A stretch of 64,000 nucleotides of DNA from NCBI GenBank assembly GCA_010405405.1, contig MU004233.1:1191122-1255121 (forward strand), given 5' to 3'. The DNA comes from Microthyrium microscopicum (Eukaryota). Shown piece by piece: positions 13,311-27,400 of this stretch; within the stretch, counting starts at the first letter, position 1, and every line of letters starts with the position of its first letter. Position numbers and translations under genes: made by a program. The notes under the pieces are model-generated. The model had not been told where the DNA came from and did not search any database. It saw only the letters and a list, made by a program, of their open reading frames with translations.

Positions 13311-15151
13311 TCACTGGACTAGGCCATTGAGTTGAAAGGTTGGGTTTCCCTGGCTCGCCGCAATGATAGTGGTGTGCTGTGGTGTAGCCTTGGTCTCTGG
13401 TACAGAAACTGTCAAGAGAGTTGTAGAAATCGCCGTAACACTTGGCTTGATCGAGGATTGTGTGGCTACAGGAGAGCTTAACGGAGTCGCAACAGCTTCG
13501 GTGCTTGATTTGGCCATCGAGAAGGTTGCTGATGGTGAGCTCATTGGAGTAGCGACGGCTTCAGTGGTTGACTTGACCCACGAGAATGTGGCTGAAGGCG
13601 AGCTGATGGTGGTTGAAGCGATCGCAGTGCTTGGTTTGGCCCAAGCACAGGTCTCTGCTGAACAGACTAAAGGACCAGTGCCATGATTCGAAGGTGCTGG
13701 GGCGGTGGCTGTTGATACAGGTGCAACAATGCTGGCTGTCGAGAATGAGGCCACGGTGCTGGCAATTGCTGTACTGTTTGATCCAGCTGGAACGGGCATT
13801 GAAGGAACCGGAGCGGTAGCTGTCAACAAGGGGGGTGCAACAATGCTGGCTGTCGAGGAAGATGCCACGGTGCTGGCAATTGCTGTACTGTTTGATCCAG
13901 CAGGAGGAACAGGCATTGAAGGAACTGGAGCGGTGGCTGTTGACATAGGTGCAACAATGCTGGTAGTTGAGACAGACGCTGGAGAGCTTGCAGTTGGCAG
14001 CGGTACAGTAACGTTGCTTGCGGTGGAGCGGTGTATCATTGACGAAGGGCTAAATGCAGAAGGCAAAGATGCTACACCATTGCTTGCAGTTGATGTATTC
14101 CAGTATCCTGGGTTGCTCATTGTCCATGTCTTGCTTCCAGCTGATACAGTGATGATTGGATCCGTGAGAGGCACTCCACTAGTCACAGAGACTGGGATGG
14201 CAGTGACCGAGGTGACCGTATGGAGATTGGTGCGGGTAACGAAAACAACAGAAGTATCATCACCACTGTTAGTCGAGGTGCTGATGGTTTCGCTTGGAGC
14301 ACTGTAATTCTGGGTCAATATTTCATGAGTGGCTCTTCAAATGACCATCAACTTACCTGGCGGAAATCGCAGTGCTGCTGGGTGCAGTGACAGTGCTATC
14401 TGGTGCTCCATGAGTAGGACTGCTGCTTCGAACCATGGTTATTGTGACTCGCAGGTGAGTTGTTGACGTTTCAGTAATAGTTTCGTCGGGAGTGTCTGAG
14501 CTAGGAACAGGAACGACGTTGATAGTTGTTGGAGAAGCAGTTGTGAGAGTAGCATCAGACGCTGGAGTTGCCTAGAAGTTGTTAGTATGAGATCACGCAG
14601 AGTCAAAATGCTGCGAGAAGACCATTTGGTCATTGGATGTGAAGCCATAGAGCTCCCTTCGCATCTAGTGGGACCCATAGCACTCAATAGGAAGTGTCTT
14701 TGGTGGGAGCCATCAAACGCAATGTGAGATATGGAGTTTTGGGTTCCATCGGACGTCGCAAGAAATGTTGTTCGACAGGGGTTAATCTTACCCCAATGTA
14801 TCCAGTACTTCCACTTTGATCAACAGTGTAGAAGATGGTGTTGATCTCTGAAGTGGCGACGACCTTGCCTGGCAACTGGTCCTTGGTGACAGTGACAGTA
14901 GGACAAGACGTGGCATCATGAACAGTGACCGTGAGAATCTGAGTCGAAACAGATACCTCGGTGAGTCGAAGAGTTTCCGTTACCGTTGCAGGTCGAGTCG
15001 CAGACTGTGTCACAACAGTAGCATCTGAAATTGTGGCATTCGCATAAGGAGCACGCTGAATATCAGAATACTTCCAGTTTGGAGGGAGTCCAGACGACTG
15101 AGCAGCAGCAACAGCGGCAAGGCCGACAGCGACAGCAGAGAGGCAAATCAT
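13311..15151 (-). CDS. Secreted Ser/Thr/Pro-rich (mucin-like) cell-surface protein, 3 exons
   Basis: Signal peptide MICLSAVAVGLAAVAAAQ. GTAAG donors at ~14791 and ~14357 with in-frame acceptors join ORF 14684-15151 to ORF 13311-14318 through a Thr-rich middle exon (ATPASDATLTTASPTT...). Confidence 0.75.
13440..13970 (-). repeat. Intragenic coding tandem repeats: ~3 copies of a ~40-aa unit and ~3 copies of a 21-aa unit
   Basis: Units T(A/T)SIVAP..TATAPVPSMPVP.AGSNSTAIASTVAS (~13700-13970) and SSPSATFS..KS.TEAVATP (~13440-13620) are visible in both DNA and protein. Confidence 0.85.
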
Positions 15152-18100
15152 GGTGTCGAATCAACGAACGAAAGTGAGAAGCAAGTCTCAGGATTGAAGA
15201 AAGAATTGAAGTGTTGGCAGAATTGGTAGAACGAGATGGTGAAGTTGAAGAAGAAGAAGAAGAAGAAGAGGAGGAGAAACAGAGATGGAAGTTGAAGGAG
15301 AGGGGCAAATATCAGAGATTTGAAGTCGACAGCACTTTTGAAATTGCAAAGTGGGGCGTACAAACAACAGGAAGGAACTATCAAGGTTTGAGGAAATGAC
15401 GATGGTGGTTGGGTGGTTGCTGTGGCAGGTGCGTTGTGGGTGCTCCTCCCTTGAATGTTGGTCGTCACTGCCACTTTTGGAGAGCTCATCTTGCCTTTCT
15501 GACCTGCACTAAAGCAACATCATAGCAAGTCAAGGACACCTGAATATTGATTGCAAGACCAACCTCATCAACTGATGGCCTGCAGAATAGAGTATGTACA
15601 TTGCAAAGGGTAGTTGCAATGAAAGGTCAAGAGGAGACTCACTGCTAATTTCAAACCGCATTGACCGCATTTTTTTTACGAAGACAATGGGGATTGGAGT
15701 AACTATGGGCTCTACAAGAAATTGGCTAAGTATTGTTGTGGAGTCTTACACAAAATGCTGATACTACCTAAGGATATGTTGAGAGTTGAGACTGAGTCAA
15801 TAAGGCTGAGATGCAGCCTTATAGCATCTTTACATTATGTAAACAGTAGCCACCCACAAAATTTAGTAAAAGTCTTACAGTTACACCACTTATATAGCTT
15901 TCAATTCTTCTACGAAGTCAAATCCTTTCGTATGATGAAAAACACTCTTTCAAGCTATGTAGGACGGCTCATATTCTCTTTTTATACTTGTTTATATTGC
16001 GCGTAGCAGATGGGAGCCAAAGAAGCTCATAACAGCACAGCAATTATTTTGTCCATTATGTATTCATCTCAAGCTTCGTCCCTTAATGTACGATTCCAAT
16101 TATTCGCGCCTAAAATAATACAGACAGACTTTATGAGCACAATAAGAACTGCTTGAAGATGGGCAATCAACGGGCGAAATAACCGATGTGCATCATCAAT
16201 TTCCATGACTCCCACCTTCGCTTCTGGACAAAATACGCTACATTGCCAACAGTTCTGATAAGCAGCTTGGAAGATGCGTGGCAGATGGAGGGCACGTCAG
16301 TTATTTTAACATCGGAGTAGTACCTTAATTAAATTGTTTCCTACCTTATGAAGTATTTTTAGGAATTAAGCGCGCTGAACAGAACCCTATATTGAACTCA
16401 AATATGTTCTATTAGTACCTACTTCAGTGCGGACTCCGAGACATGGAGAAGTCGCACTAAAAAGTCCCGCAATTAAATTCCACAGTGTGAAAGATTGGAA
16501 GTTCTTGGCTATCATGGCTTCATGACCGAACGAAGACTATACTTGAACCACACTACCACTAGCTGATAGTCAGTTCTCCAGACGTTATGCTCATCGTTCA
16601 TTTACCCTGAAATTAACGACCACCCAAGGGAGTGGTACAGCCAGTAATTAAGCGGCTTGATTTGTGATCCTTGATTCAAACGGACTTTACTCAATCGCAG
16701 AAACACTTCCTCAATAAACTACACCACCAATAAGAATGAAAACAATTTACGGAGCTGCTGGGAGGCTGGGCCATCCCGTACCCCAAAAGTTAGCATAAGG
16801 CCTGAGTTCCTGCTTGGAAGAACTACGGAGCGTCCATGCTCCTACCCTTGCTCAACGTTTTCCGTGCTATTCACGTTGCATTTGATGAGATATCCAGGTT
16901 TTGTTGCTGATCTGAAGCGCTTAAAACGAGCATGGCTCAGCTGGTGGTTGGCACTGATGAACTGTTTGCGTCAATCGGCCAGCCATCCATGTCGAGAAGA
17001 AGCTAGAGATTCGTGAATATTGATTGCAAACGAGCATACTCTGTATAAAGTCCCCACTCCAAGCGAAGAACCCCCACGTCTCCGCAATTGAGACTGCTGG
17101 GGTAGTTTACTACTCAAGGATCATGAACGAATTGACCACTCACTGCCAGTTCTTCGCGGTGCGGTTCCGCCTGATCCTCACGCCATGGATCAAACAACCG
17201 ACTGTACATACTGGTAACATTGCTGGCTGTTTAACAAGGGGTGTGAGGTTGTGAAAAGAGTTGGAATATCAAAAAATGACGGCTACAATGATATTTCAAA
17301 TAACACCGTGGAGGATGAACAAAGCCATTCCAGTGCTTTGGCACTCAAATTTTGCTTGCAGAAGTCAGAGCGCTAAGACCCGATAGAGTGGTTGTACAAT
17401 CCTTCTTGGTACCAAGCGCCCGTTAAGATAAGCCAAGACTCTTTCGTTTACATGTACTCCTCAGAGTTCATACATTTCATCTCAATTCCAATCCTTTACT
17501 CTAGTCCCCCAGCTATCATCAATCGGTACTCAAGGGAGCCTAGGCTAGGGGCTTCGGACTCGCCGCATTCAAGCATCCTAAAGTCCTACTCCTTGGTAAA
17601 CCCTGGTTTCGGGTCTTCCAAGCCGCTAATCAATGGTAGGCACTCCCGCACTGATATATAATGACTGAGTAAGGCGGATATAAGATATGGCGGAATCATC
17701 AATGGAAATAGTTGGAAATAGTCGTCGACGCGCCATCCCGATTGTCTGACTGAACGGAAAAGAAAAAGCCACGCACCCATCAAAGCTAATCGCTCCTACA
17801 GCCCCATTGCAGTTCTATCCAGTATCAATTCCTCACCACAAAAAAAGCTTGGTTTCAGTTCTGCAGATGAGCAAGATCTGACGAGAATTCGGCATGTTAA
17901 GCAATTGGACGCATGCACGAAGCAAATCCTTCGCTGCTAATGTTAACTTTGGAAAGTCATCCAAGCGGACTCGTTGCCGGACCTGCTACATGCATCAGCC
18001 ATCGCTGTAAATCTGCAATGATGCCTGCGTTGTCATGATCATCGTCGCCATTGTAGCCAAAAAAGGGCCGAATGGCGGAAATATCTTGGAGCGAGCCCCC

Positions 18101-19188
18101 AGTCATCGCGTGGTTCTATCTGATGCGGCGTATGCGCCTCACCGATAGCTGGGAAAGCGTGGTTGTTACGCACGGCTCATGCTACTACTTAGAAAAGGGA
18201 CATCCACACCGAGTCCACGGATTACCCAGTAGTAGTCAGGCTGTTTTTAGTTGATATTTTTGAGCTACTGAGTGCAGATTACGCAGGTCGATTGTGGGAG
18301 TTGTAGTTTGTGGGGAAACAAGGCTGAGAAAGCCAAAACTAACTTCTTTGAGGATATGTACAAGGAATATGATGACTAGGTCGTACATTCTTTGTACAGG
18401 ATGTTTTCTGATTATTAGGTTTTAAGTTCTTGTTATTTTCTTCTTAGGCAAATTCGCATGCATTCCCGGGATTGTCCAAATGCAGGCAGGCCAGTGAAGT
18501 CCGAACTTGAACCAAATCACGCTGGATATGAAAGGATTCCGACTAGAGTGGTTGACATGCAGGAATACGCACAACGCGGACCGGTTGCTACCAGGCTTGA
18601 GTCAAAAGCTCCATCTCCATCTTCATAAGCTGGGTTTCAGCCGCGATAACATTGGGGAGGCTTGGACGTGGAATGTAAGGTGTCCGAAATGGGGTCTGAT
18701 ATACTCCCATGGCATTGTTATAGAAACGGGAGAGATATCCGTCTGAATCAAAGAGAGCAGTCGATGATACTGAAGTGTAAATCATTGCTAACAGCGTTGG
18801 AAAGGATACAATGATTAGAGGGTAGATTATCTACTCCAACACTTTGAATCTCTGGTAACGACGGGACTAATTGATTTGCCAACAGGTCCAAGTAATGACT
18901 ACGCTACGCTACTGATTCTTCGAATCAAGAATCAAATGCAGCAACAGACCATATTCTCTCATATCGTTTCAATGCAAGCTGTGGCCGTGAAATTGAAAGA
19001 CGCTAAAAGATGCACATTCACATTTTCCAAACTCAATAAATGAAAACAAAAAGCCAAGACGCCAAACTATTACTTGAAATCAAGATGTTGCTGTACCTTT
19101 TCGCCCAAGAGTAGTGTGGTGGATAATAGATGTCGCGTAGAGGATATAAAAAATGCAAATGGAGATCGCAGAGTGCCTCGACGCCTCG

Positions 19189-21027
19189 CTAGGTAAGCAT
19201 AGTGTCCATTCCCTTCCGAAAGTTAGCAAACAATGTGTAAGTAATCTTGAGTAAATGGAACATACCAGGTCTTCCATAACTTGTTCGTAATCCCAAGCTC
19301 TCTTGTTGCCTTGGTCCATGAGATCCCAGAGCTCTTGCACGATTCTTCGCCCATGTTGGATATTGCCATTGTGCGAGTACTCCTCGGCCATCCTGAAAGC
19401 TTCTAAAACTGCTGGCCTGTCTTCGCGGTCAAAAGCGCAACAGCCCACAACGAATACTGGGGTGACCATGACGCTTTGAATGGGACTTTTAGCTCCTACA
19501 GACTGAAGATAGGCTACAGCCTCTTTGACTGTGCTCAATACCGCGGATCCGGGCCAAGGTCCTGACATTATGGTTCGTTGGAGAAGAAGCCAGACGCAAT
19601 TATGATAAAGATTCCAGCAAACCCATTCTGGACTGTTGACAGGATGTCGGCATTGCAAATCTTTGAGTTCCGTATCGATAGCTTCAGCCTCCATCATCAG
19701 ATTATATGGAACATATGGTGATTGCTCACTTCCTCTTCGTTCTCGTATCTTTCTTCTCAAGAAGTGAATCTTTTTGGTGGGCTGTTCGAGGCCTTCGCAA
19801 ACCGACATGAAGTTTTCGCGATTGCCAGTAGTCAATGGAATGTAAGGTGGCTCCGGTAAATCACCCAAGGTTCTGCAGGTGATCAAGCAGCTCATGCGGT
19901 GATACTCGTAAAATTCTCGAGCAAACGCCCATGTATCCTCTTCACCTGGGCGCGGCTCATTTTGCAGCATGGTAATAATTCCAGAATGATGAATCCTCCA
20001 CTCTCCATTGGTATCGCCTTCGACAATAGTCTTAAGCCAAAGCATCAAGGCTCGACATATCACAAGAGTATCTTTGCGACTGTCGAGTGAGTCGCCGTAT
20101 TGCTCTTCTTGAAGTCCTCGAAGTGTTTTTTGGAAGTGATAGCTTTGACGGCGAGAGACCTCCTCGTATTCGGTGATCTGGCCGGGACCTCGAAGGCGCT
20201 GGAGATAGTGGGCGCCAGAACAGGCCAACAATGCATGCATTACGCCCTCGTCTTGCTGAGCAATGGGCAGAATGATTTCTAATCATGGTCAGTAGTGAAG
20301 AGCAGCATCGCTAAGTCACATACCAACGAAGGGATTTTTGCTCTCTGGAGAAATATTAAGGCATTGAGAGAGATTGGATTCGTAATGGTGGTAGAAACTC
20401 CAATCAATATCCTCTTCAATTGCTGGCAGTAACGTTGGAAGATTTCGAGCGCCGGTAATGGCCCAACGCTGTCTGTCTGCTAAAAGTTCAGCATCAGAGA
20501 GAACTATCTGTAAATTCGGGATACATACTACGAGCAGCAGCCTTTTCTTTTCCATTCTGCCAGACGCTCTTTTCCGGGTAACCCTCGCAGTGAACATTGT
20601 TTTGTTCGCAGTTTCTGCAGGAAGGTTTTCGCTCATCACACTTCTTCTTTCTCTTCCTGCATGTCTTGCAGCCGGTCTTGCTTCTGCCCTTGGTGACTTT
20701 AGGAGACTGTGACTGTGGATCTAGCTTGGGATGTTTTCTTGGTCGCCCGCGAGGTCTTTTGCCAGGTACCAACACCAATTCAGTCGCAGAGGCTTCGCTC
20801 TGTTCCAATTTGACATCGATAGACTCCTCCTCATCGTGATCCTCTAATTTGGGAACACCAGAAAGGTGGTCATCATAGACTTGAGTTGGTGAAGTCATGA
20901 GGCTAAAGGAGATAGATGATTCCCTGGGAGATTCCGATATTCCAGAAGAGGTGGGAGACGAGGACGAGCTGGGATCGTCCGTAGCACGATGAGGAACGTA
21001 CCCAGGGAAGTAATTGCTGTGAGCCAT
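19189..21027 (-). CDS. Zn(II)2Cys6 transcription factor with an AT-hook and a fungal-specific C-terminal TF domain (4 exons)
   Basis: RSKTGCKTCRKRKKKCDERKPSCRNCEQNNVHC and AT-hook KRPRGRPRK. C-terminal domain has MHALLACSGAH and PVFVVGCCAF...WDLMD. Final exon GMDTMLT* has its stop at 19189-19191. Confidence 0.92.
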
Positions 21028-24000
21028 ACTATGGGTTGGAGTCTCTCAAACTGATGGTCAAAGGTTGTCGGTAGAATTGAGAAGAGTGCCAAGTACCAGC
21101 GGCATTGCAAGGCAGGTGTCGGAATCAGCGGAAAATATGAGCCAGCAAACGGGTTATACTTGAATATGAGGGCTAGGAAATGCTGAAAGTGGATATGCTG
21201 ACACAGCGGGTGAGAGGTGTGTCGCTTGCAGTTGAGTATATGCAATGTATTAAGTGGATGGTGTTGTGAAGTAGTGGTTGTCCAACAAGGTGTGGAGGAG
21301 AAACGTGGAATAAGTAAACGCGGGGAGGAAGTAGTAGAGTAGGACGGATGGATAATCTCCGATGAAAACACCAAGAACAATGAAGACGGCCTCGAATCTC
21401 ATACACACGGCAAGGCCCCAATAACTCAATGTTTAAAATGGAGGAGAGCTGTGAGACGACGTGTAAGCTAAAGCGTGTCGATTGGCAGTAACATCCATAT
21501 TTGGATGTGATTCTATAATGGTTTGAATGCTTACGTGCTGGAGAAGAAAGAGAGAGAGAAAGAGAGGGACCGCGGGGAGATCGCAGAACAGACGTCTTTT
21601 AATTACAATGCGAGAGTGATACTAGCTCAAAAACGATGCGGGCGTCTGGCCGGCACTGTCCAACAAAGCCAACAAGCCCAGACGCCAGCATGGAGCCAGG
21701 GCGTCTATAGGATTGAGAACACGGAAGCGTGCTGCGTAAGAGAAGTGGTGTCAGCGATTATCCGCACAGCGTGACAGCAGAGTGTGCAAGCCTGCAAGCG
21801 TACAAGCCTACAAGCGACCCAAGGCGGATTGACGAGAGCGAAAAGATATCATTTGCTAGCCCGGCGACAGGGCCATGCAGTTGAGCAGGACGAATCCCGA
21901 TTTAGTTGGCGAACCACGCTGTTGGGTATCGAGTACTTTGATTACATTATTGCGAGTAGAGTACAATTTGATGCTAGACTCGGCAACTCAAGGCATGAAC
22001 AACAGCAGAAACTCGTAGTATTTTTTACTATGAATTTCCACTAGTAGGAAGCATTGACAGAAACATATCACTTAAAAGTCAATGCTCGGAGTAACAGATG
22101 AGCAAGGGCTGGACGAAATGGATAACTTGCATTTGATCAGAACTTCAGTTGCGCATCGACTTCTTCGCTTCTTCGGCTGCCGTTAACGCCGATTTATTTC
22201 GACCGTTCCTTGCCCATCGATCGCGTAAAAGCATGAAAATCATATCGATGAAGAATGATTCAATGAACACAAGTATATTCCATTGTCAAGTAGGGCGACA
22301 GCCATCGCTGCTACTACAAGAGTGCTAGTGATTTGCTCAGTATCTGACCCTTACGGTATGGCACCTGCGATATCAAGGCAACATCAAAACAGGCTGGACG
22401 CGCGCGGCTCCTGCAAAGGAGATGATGAAGATCAATCGACCTACTGGCAGGCCATTGACTGATCTTTGCCATGCAGATAACACTAGCTGCAGGGCTGGAC
22501 AACACAAAGGTACAAGTAGTAGTTTATATGAGCAACCCTATCACTACGGAGGTACGGAGTACTCTATTCTGAGCTAGTTGGAAGGATCTCGAAGAATAGT
22601 GCTAACTTGTTCCCTACGGAACTACTGCTGATATGCCCCATACATCAGTACTTTAGACAGGTAAAAGATCCCTGCTGGTGGATATTAATATCTGCTCACC
22701 ACTATTCACTAGGCACAAAGTGCAGATGCAAGATATCCATCCTCAGCACTTATAAAGTTGGTACAAGTAGGTTCAGTAGCATCAATCACTTTCGTCTGGT
22801 TGAGATCTTTCTAACCTGATCAATTTTGCAGTTTGGAAAGCGGAAGCTTACTCCGTACAATCCACGGAACTACGGCTCTTGGTTTGGAAAGTTTAGTGGG
22901 ATTGTTAGGCCAGGCTCGAGCCTCGGACACGTTCCGTCCCACTGGTCCCGTTGGCAAGAAGCTGGGGAGGCTTGCCGCTTGCCAAAGGAAGCGACCGCTT
23001 TGGTCTTAGACTGCCTTGATTTCGGAGATGCCTTAACTATGCTAGGGCATGGGTTAGGTCGGGTTGGGTATAGGTTTCTCTAAATATTTTCATAACCTAC
23101 GTAGGTTAAGTTTTAGAAATATTACGACCTAACCTAAATAGGTTAGGTTTTTATAAGTCTAGCCTATAGGTTATATTTATTAATAAATAACTTAAATAAA
23201 GGACTAACGCTATATAATTTAGATTAACCTAAAAAGTTTAGTATAGTATTTAATAATTATATCTTACTACTACTTTTTTAGTAAGTTATAAAAGTATTAA
23301 TTAGGATTTAGAATTAGTTTATTAGTTCTATTATTTATAAATAATTATATAACTATAATTCCTTTTCTATTCCTTAAAGTTTACTAATTCTAATTACCTC
23401 CTTATAATAAAGTTACTAGTTAATTTTAAATACTTATTTAATAGTCTATAACCTAGCTAGTATATAGAGCTTTTACTAAGTTTATATCTTTTTGCTAGAT
23501 TATTATTCTCTTTACGTAAATTATATAAAGGTTAGCATCTATAAAAATTAATAACTTATAATTTAGAAAATAGAGGTATAACTTACTTTTAAAGTATATA
23601 ATAAAATAAGCCTTTACTAATTCTTATAAATATTAAATTATATCGCTTTGCTAATATATATCTAGATTTATTAAATTACTATTATTACTAGAAGTTCCTT
23701 AGAATATAACGCAAATCTTATAAACTAATCTTATAAATAGTATTTTAGGAATTAAAAGATTATAAGCTTTCTAAATCTAGTAGATTTTATATAGAGCCTT
23801 TACTAATATTATAATTAATATTTATAAAAAAAATAGAGCATATAAAACTTACTATTAGGTTTAGTATATTAAAGTATATAATAATAAGTATTCTACTAGT
23901 TATAATAATTTTTATAAGTTAAAGCTCTTCTATAATAGTTTCTATAAGCTATAGCTAGGTTTTATTAGCGCTAAGGAGTTAGTTATTAGCGCGAAGTAGT

Positions 24001-24240
24001 TTATTAAGGTTACTATTAACGTATAGAAGTTTATAGAGATTATAGCTAAGTTAGAGTAGTTTATAGAGGTAGTATAAGGAGGTTTAAAGGCTATAAAAGT
24101 TACTACTAGTTTAAAGTAATTTATAAAGGATTTATAAGAAGATTTAAAGGCTATAAAAGTTATTACTAGGCTAGAATAGTTTATAAAGATTATATAAGAA
24201 GATTTAGAGTATTATAAAGTTTATTAAGGTCTAGAGAAGT
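24001..24240. repeat. Degenerate 60-bp tandem repeat (~4 copies) inside the hAT element
   Basis: Successive 60-mers at 24061, 24121 and 24181 align, e.g. TTATAAAGGATTTATAAGAAGATTTAAAGGCTATAAAAGTTATTACTAG. Confidence 0.7.
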
Positions 24241-27073
24241 ATAGAGAGGAGAGAATTAAGGTTATTTAGGTATACTATAGTAGTAATAAAGCTCTTTAAG
24301 GTAGTAAAGGTCTAGATAGTAAGAATAAAAAGAACTTAGAGATTTTAAAGAAGTAGAAGGAGTTAGAAAAGGAGGAATAAATAAATCTTTTAAAGATATA
24401 AGAGGTAAGCTTATTACTCGTTAAAAACTATCTCTTAATATTCCTTTATAGAAAGAAAATATTTAAAGTATTAAACTAGTATAATTTAAAACTTTAAAAG
24501 CTTAACTAATTAAAAAGAGTAAAGTAGTAAAGAAGAGTAAGTAATAGTAAAGCTAACTTAAAATAATAAGAGTATTATAATTTAGCGCTAGAATTAATAT
24601 ATTCTAAGGAATATTACCTAAGAGACTATATATATATACTACTTTATATTACTTATATACTTTAACTTCTTCTATATACTTTCTTTTAATTAGTAATAAT
24701 AATTTCTATACTTTCCCTATTAGTCTTAGTTTTAGTTTCTTAGCTTAATTAATACTTATTTAACTCCTTAAAACTTTATTCTCTTAGTATAGGTACTAAG
24801 AAGCTTATAAATTAATTATCTTAAAATCCTTATATAATTAAGAATTATGCTTATTATATTAATCTTAATAGCTACGCTATAGAATATAATTGCCTTAAGA
24901 AGAATAATAATACTTATATTAATTATAAAAATAATAAAGAGTATAAGACTATAAAATACTAAGAAGCTTCTAAAGACTAACGTATTACTATTCTTACTAC
25001 TTATATAAAACTCTCTAAATAAGAGTAATATATACTTTTTTACTATTAGATTTTCTTTATTAATTTCTTTTAGCATTAATACTAGTAAATTTATAGAATT
25101 ACTTAGCTAGAAACTTAAGTATACTACTTATTAAATTAAACTATATCTTACTACTATTACTCTATTAGCTTACTATTAAGAATTAATAAAAATAAAGCGT
25201 AAGAAGTCTAAGTAGCGTAATATATATATTAATACTAATAAAGGCGTTACTTATAATTATAATATTACTACTAGCTATATTATTTTTAAGAAAGCTTCTT
25301 AAATTGCCTTTAATCTAAAATTTTATTAACTCTTCTATAAGCGTAGTTACTAAGAGCGTAATTTATAAATTTTATTCTTTTCTTAGGTTAACTTTATTTA
25401 TAAATAATAAGAAGCTATTTATAACGTTTTCTTTATTAATCGCGTTATTAAAGATTTAGCTAATAAAGAAACTAGCCTTATTAAGAACTATTACTATCTT
25501 TAGATTCTTATTCCTATAAAAACTCTTAATATAAGTTTTTTATACTTAGTATATATAAATTTAACTAATACTATATAAGAAATATTTTCTAAACTTTACT
25601 AGATTGTATGCTATAAAGAATTAGGAAGAAGATTAAAAGTTAGTAGACTTTAACTATAAATATTAGCTATTAACTTATACTTAGAAGAAACTTCTAAAAT
25701 TATTTTATAAAGTAATTATAAGATATAATAAAGCTAATACTAAAATTAATACTAATAAATTTCTAGACTTATTATAAATATAGTAGTTACTTTCTTAGTA
25801 CTAGTCTTATTTTTACTAAAATAGAGTAAGGAGTAATTATAAATTTAATAACTTAGTACTCTAACTTTTAAGAAGAGATACTATTTAATAAAGCGATTTA
25901 GAAGATAGAGAATTAAGAAGTTTAGAAAACTAATAATTTATTTGCCCTAAAGCTTTAAAAAGAGGCTTAGAAGTTAGTATAAAAGATACTAGTAAAGTTT
26001 AAGAAGTTAGTAGCAAAGATTTACTTATATCTAGCTTTAAGCGTAAAATTCTTTTTAGTTCCTTTAGTAGATATAAGTTAGTTTATTATAACTAATACTT
26101 AATTTAGATAGGATAAGAATACTTATTAATTAGTATTAGCTCTAGTTAAAGTTCTAGGAAATAATATTTTCTTAATAAAGTATAATTAAATATTAATTAG
26201 AAAATAAGATTATAAATATAGTACTATTTAAAGTATTAGAATACTAAAATAGAACTATTTATTCTAACTTATATAAATTTAACTTACTATTTTTAACTTT
26301 ATAATTCTAATATAATAAGTAGTTAGGCTCTAATATAAATAGTTACATTTTCTAATTATTTATTATTAGCTTTAATTAAAAACGCTAGTTCTATTTTAAA
26401 AGCTAAGATTTTTAATTTATAAGCTATATTATAAATTTATACTACTCTTATTAGCTATAAGTCTCTAACTTATTGCTATAAGTTTCTTTTATATAGTTAG
26501 ACTAATAAGATAGAAATATAATAATTTCTTTTATAACTTTTTAAGCTACCTTTCTGCCTTATAGACTCTTCTCTTATATCTTAAATATCTATTTACTAAG
26601 AGATTACTCTAAGAACGTATTAGCATAAATAGCTTAGTCTAAATCTAAGCTCTTAGTTATTTAAGAAAAAGAGTATATATAAATAGTATTAGTAGCAAGT
26701 AATAATTAAGCCTAAGAAGAATTGTTTTATAGATATAATAAAACCTTTATTATAACTTAAATATAGTATTAATAATAGGCTAGTATTAGTAAAGTTAACT
26801 TAATAGCTTAAAAAACTTCTAATATAACATAAATAAATATTTCTTTAGAATATAGAATATTAGTAGTTTATTAATTATATATTTTTTTCTTTACTACTAA
26901 TATTATTATTTATAAGAAATATTAGCAAAAAAAATAACTTAAATAATAATGCCTATTTAATAATGCTAGAGATATATAAAGAATAAGAATAAAAAGTTAT
27001 AAAATAAGTAGTAAGAGTTTCATAGTTTACTTTTATTAGTAAAGAAGAAATAAATAATAAGTAAAAAAAAATA

Positions 27074-27400
27074 TAAGGTTATAAGTAAGTAAGAAGAAAA
27101 AGATAAAGAAGAGCGTAATATATAAAGAAGAGTATAAGGTTATAAATAAGTTAAAAGAAAAGGATAAAGAAGAGTATAGTAAATAAAGAGGAGTATAAGG
27201 TTATAAATAGATTAGAAAAAAGTAATAAAAAAGAGCGTAATAAGTAAAAAGGAGTATAAGGTTATAAGTAGGTTAGAAGAAGGTAATAAAAGAGAGCGTA
27301 ATATATAAAGAGAAGTATAAAGTTATAAGTAAGTTAAAAGAGGAAGATAAGGTTATAAATAGATAAAAAGAAGGTAATAAAGATAGGTATAGAGATTATA
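27074..27400. repeat. 61-bp purine-rich minisatellite (~5 copies) inside the hAT element
   Basis: TAARGTTATAA anchors at 27074, 27135, 27196, 27257 and 27318 (exact 61-bp period), plus a partial unit at 27348. Confidence 0.85.

Noticed and set aside
13705..14307. 200-aa plus-strand ORF and many similar antisense ORFs over real genes
   Set aside because: These are antisense shadows of coding regions (codon bias, repeats) with no independent evidence.
23038..23160. GGGTTAGG / CCTAACC motifs here and at 32690-32870 resembling telomeric TTAGGG repeats
   Set aside because: They are not tandem hexamer arrays. They are symmetric subterminal repeats of the hAT element, inside its TSD.
24816..25076. 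Ile/Leu/Phe-rich ORF resembling a membrane or mitochondrial (NUMT) gene
   Set aside because: Compositional artefact of RIP-generated AT richness; no mitochondrial gene motifs.
27074..27400. Regularly spaced repeats resembling a CRISPR array
   Set aside because: The whole 61-bp unit is repeated with no unique spacers, the context is eukaryotic, and there are no cas genes.
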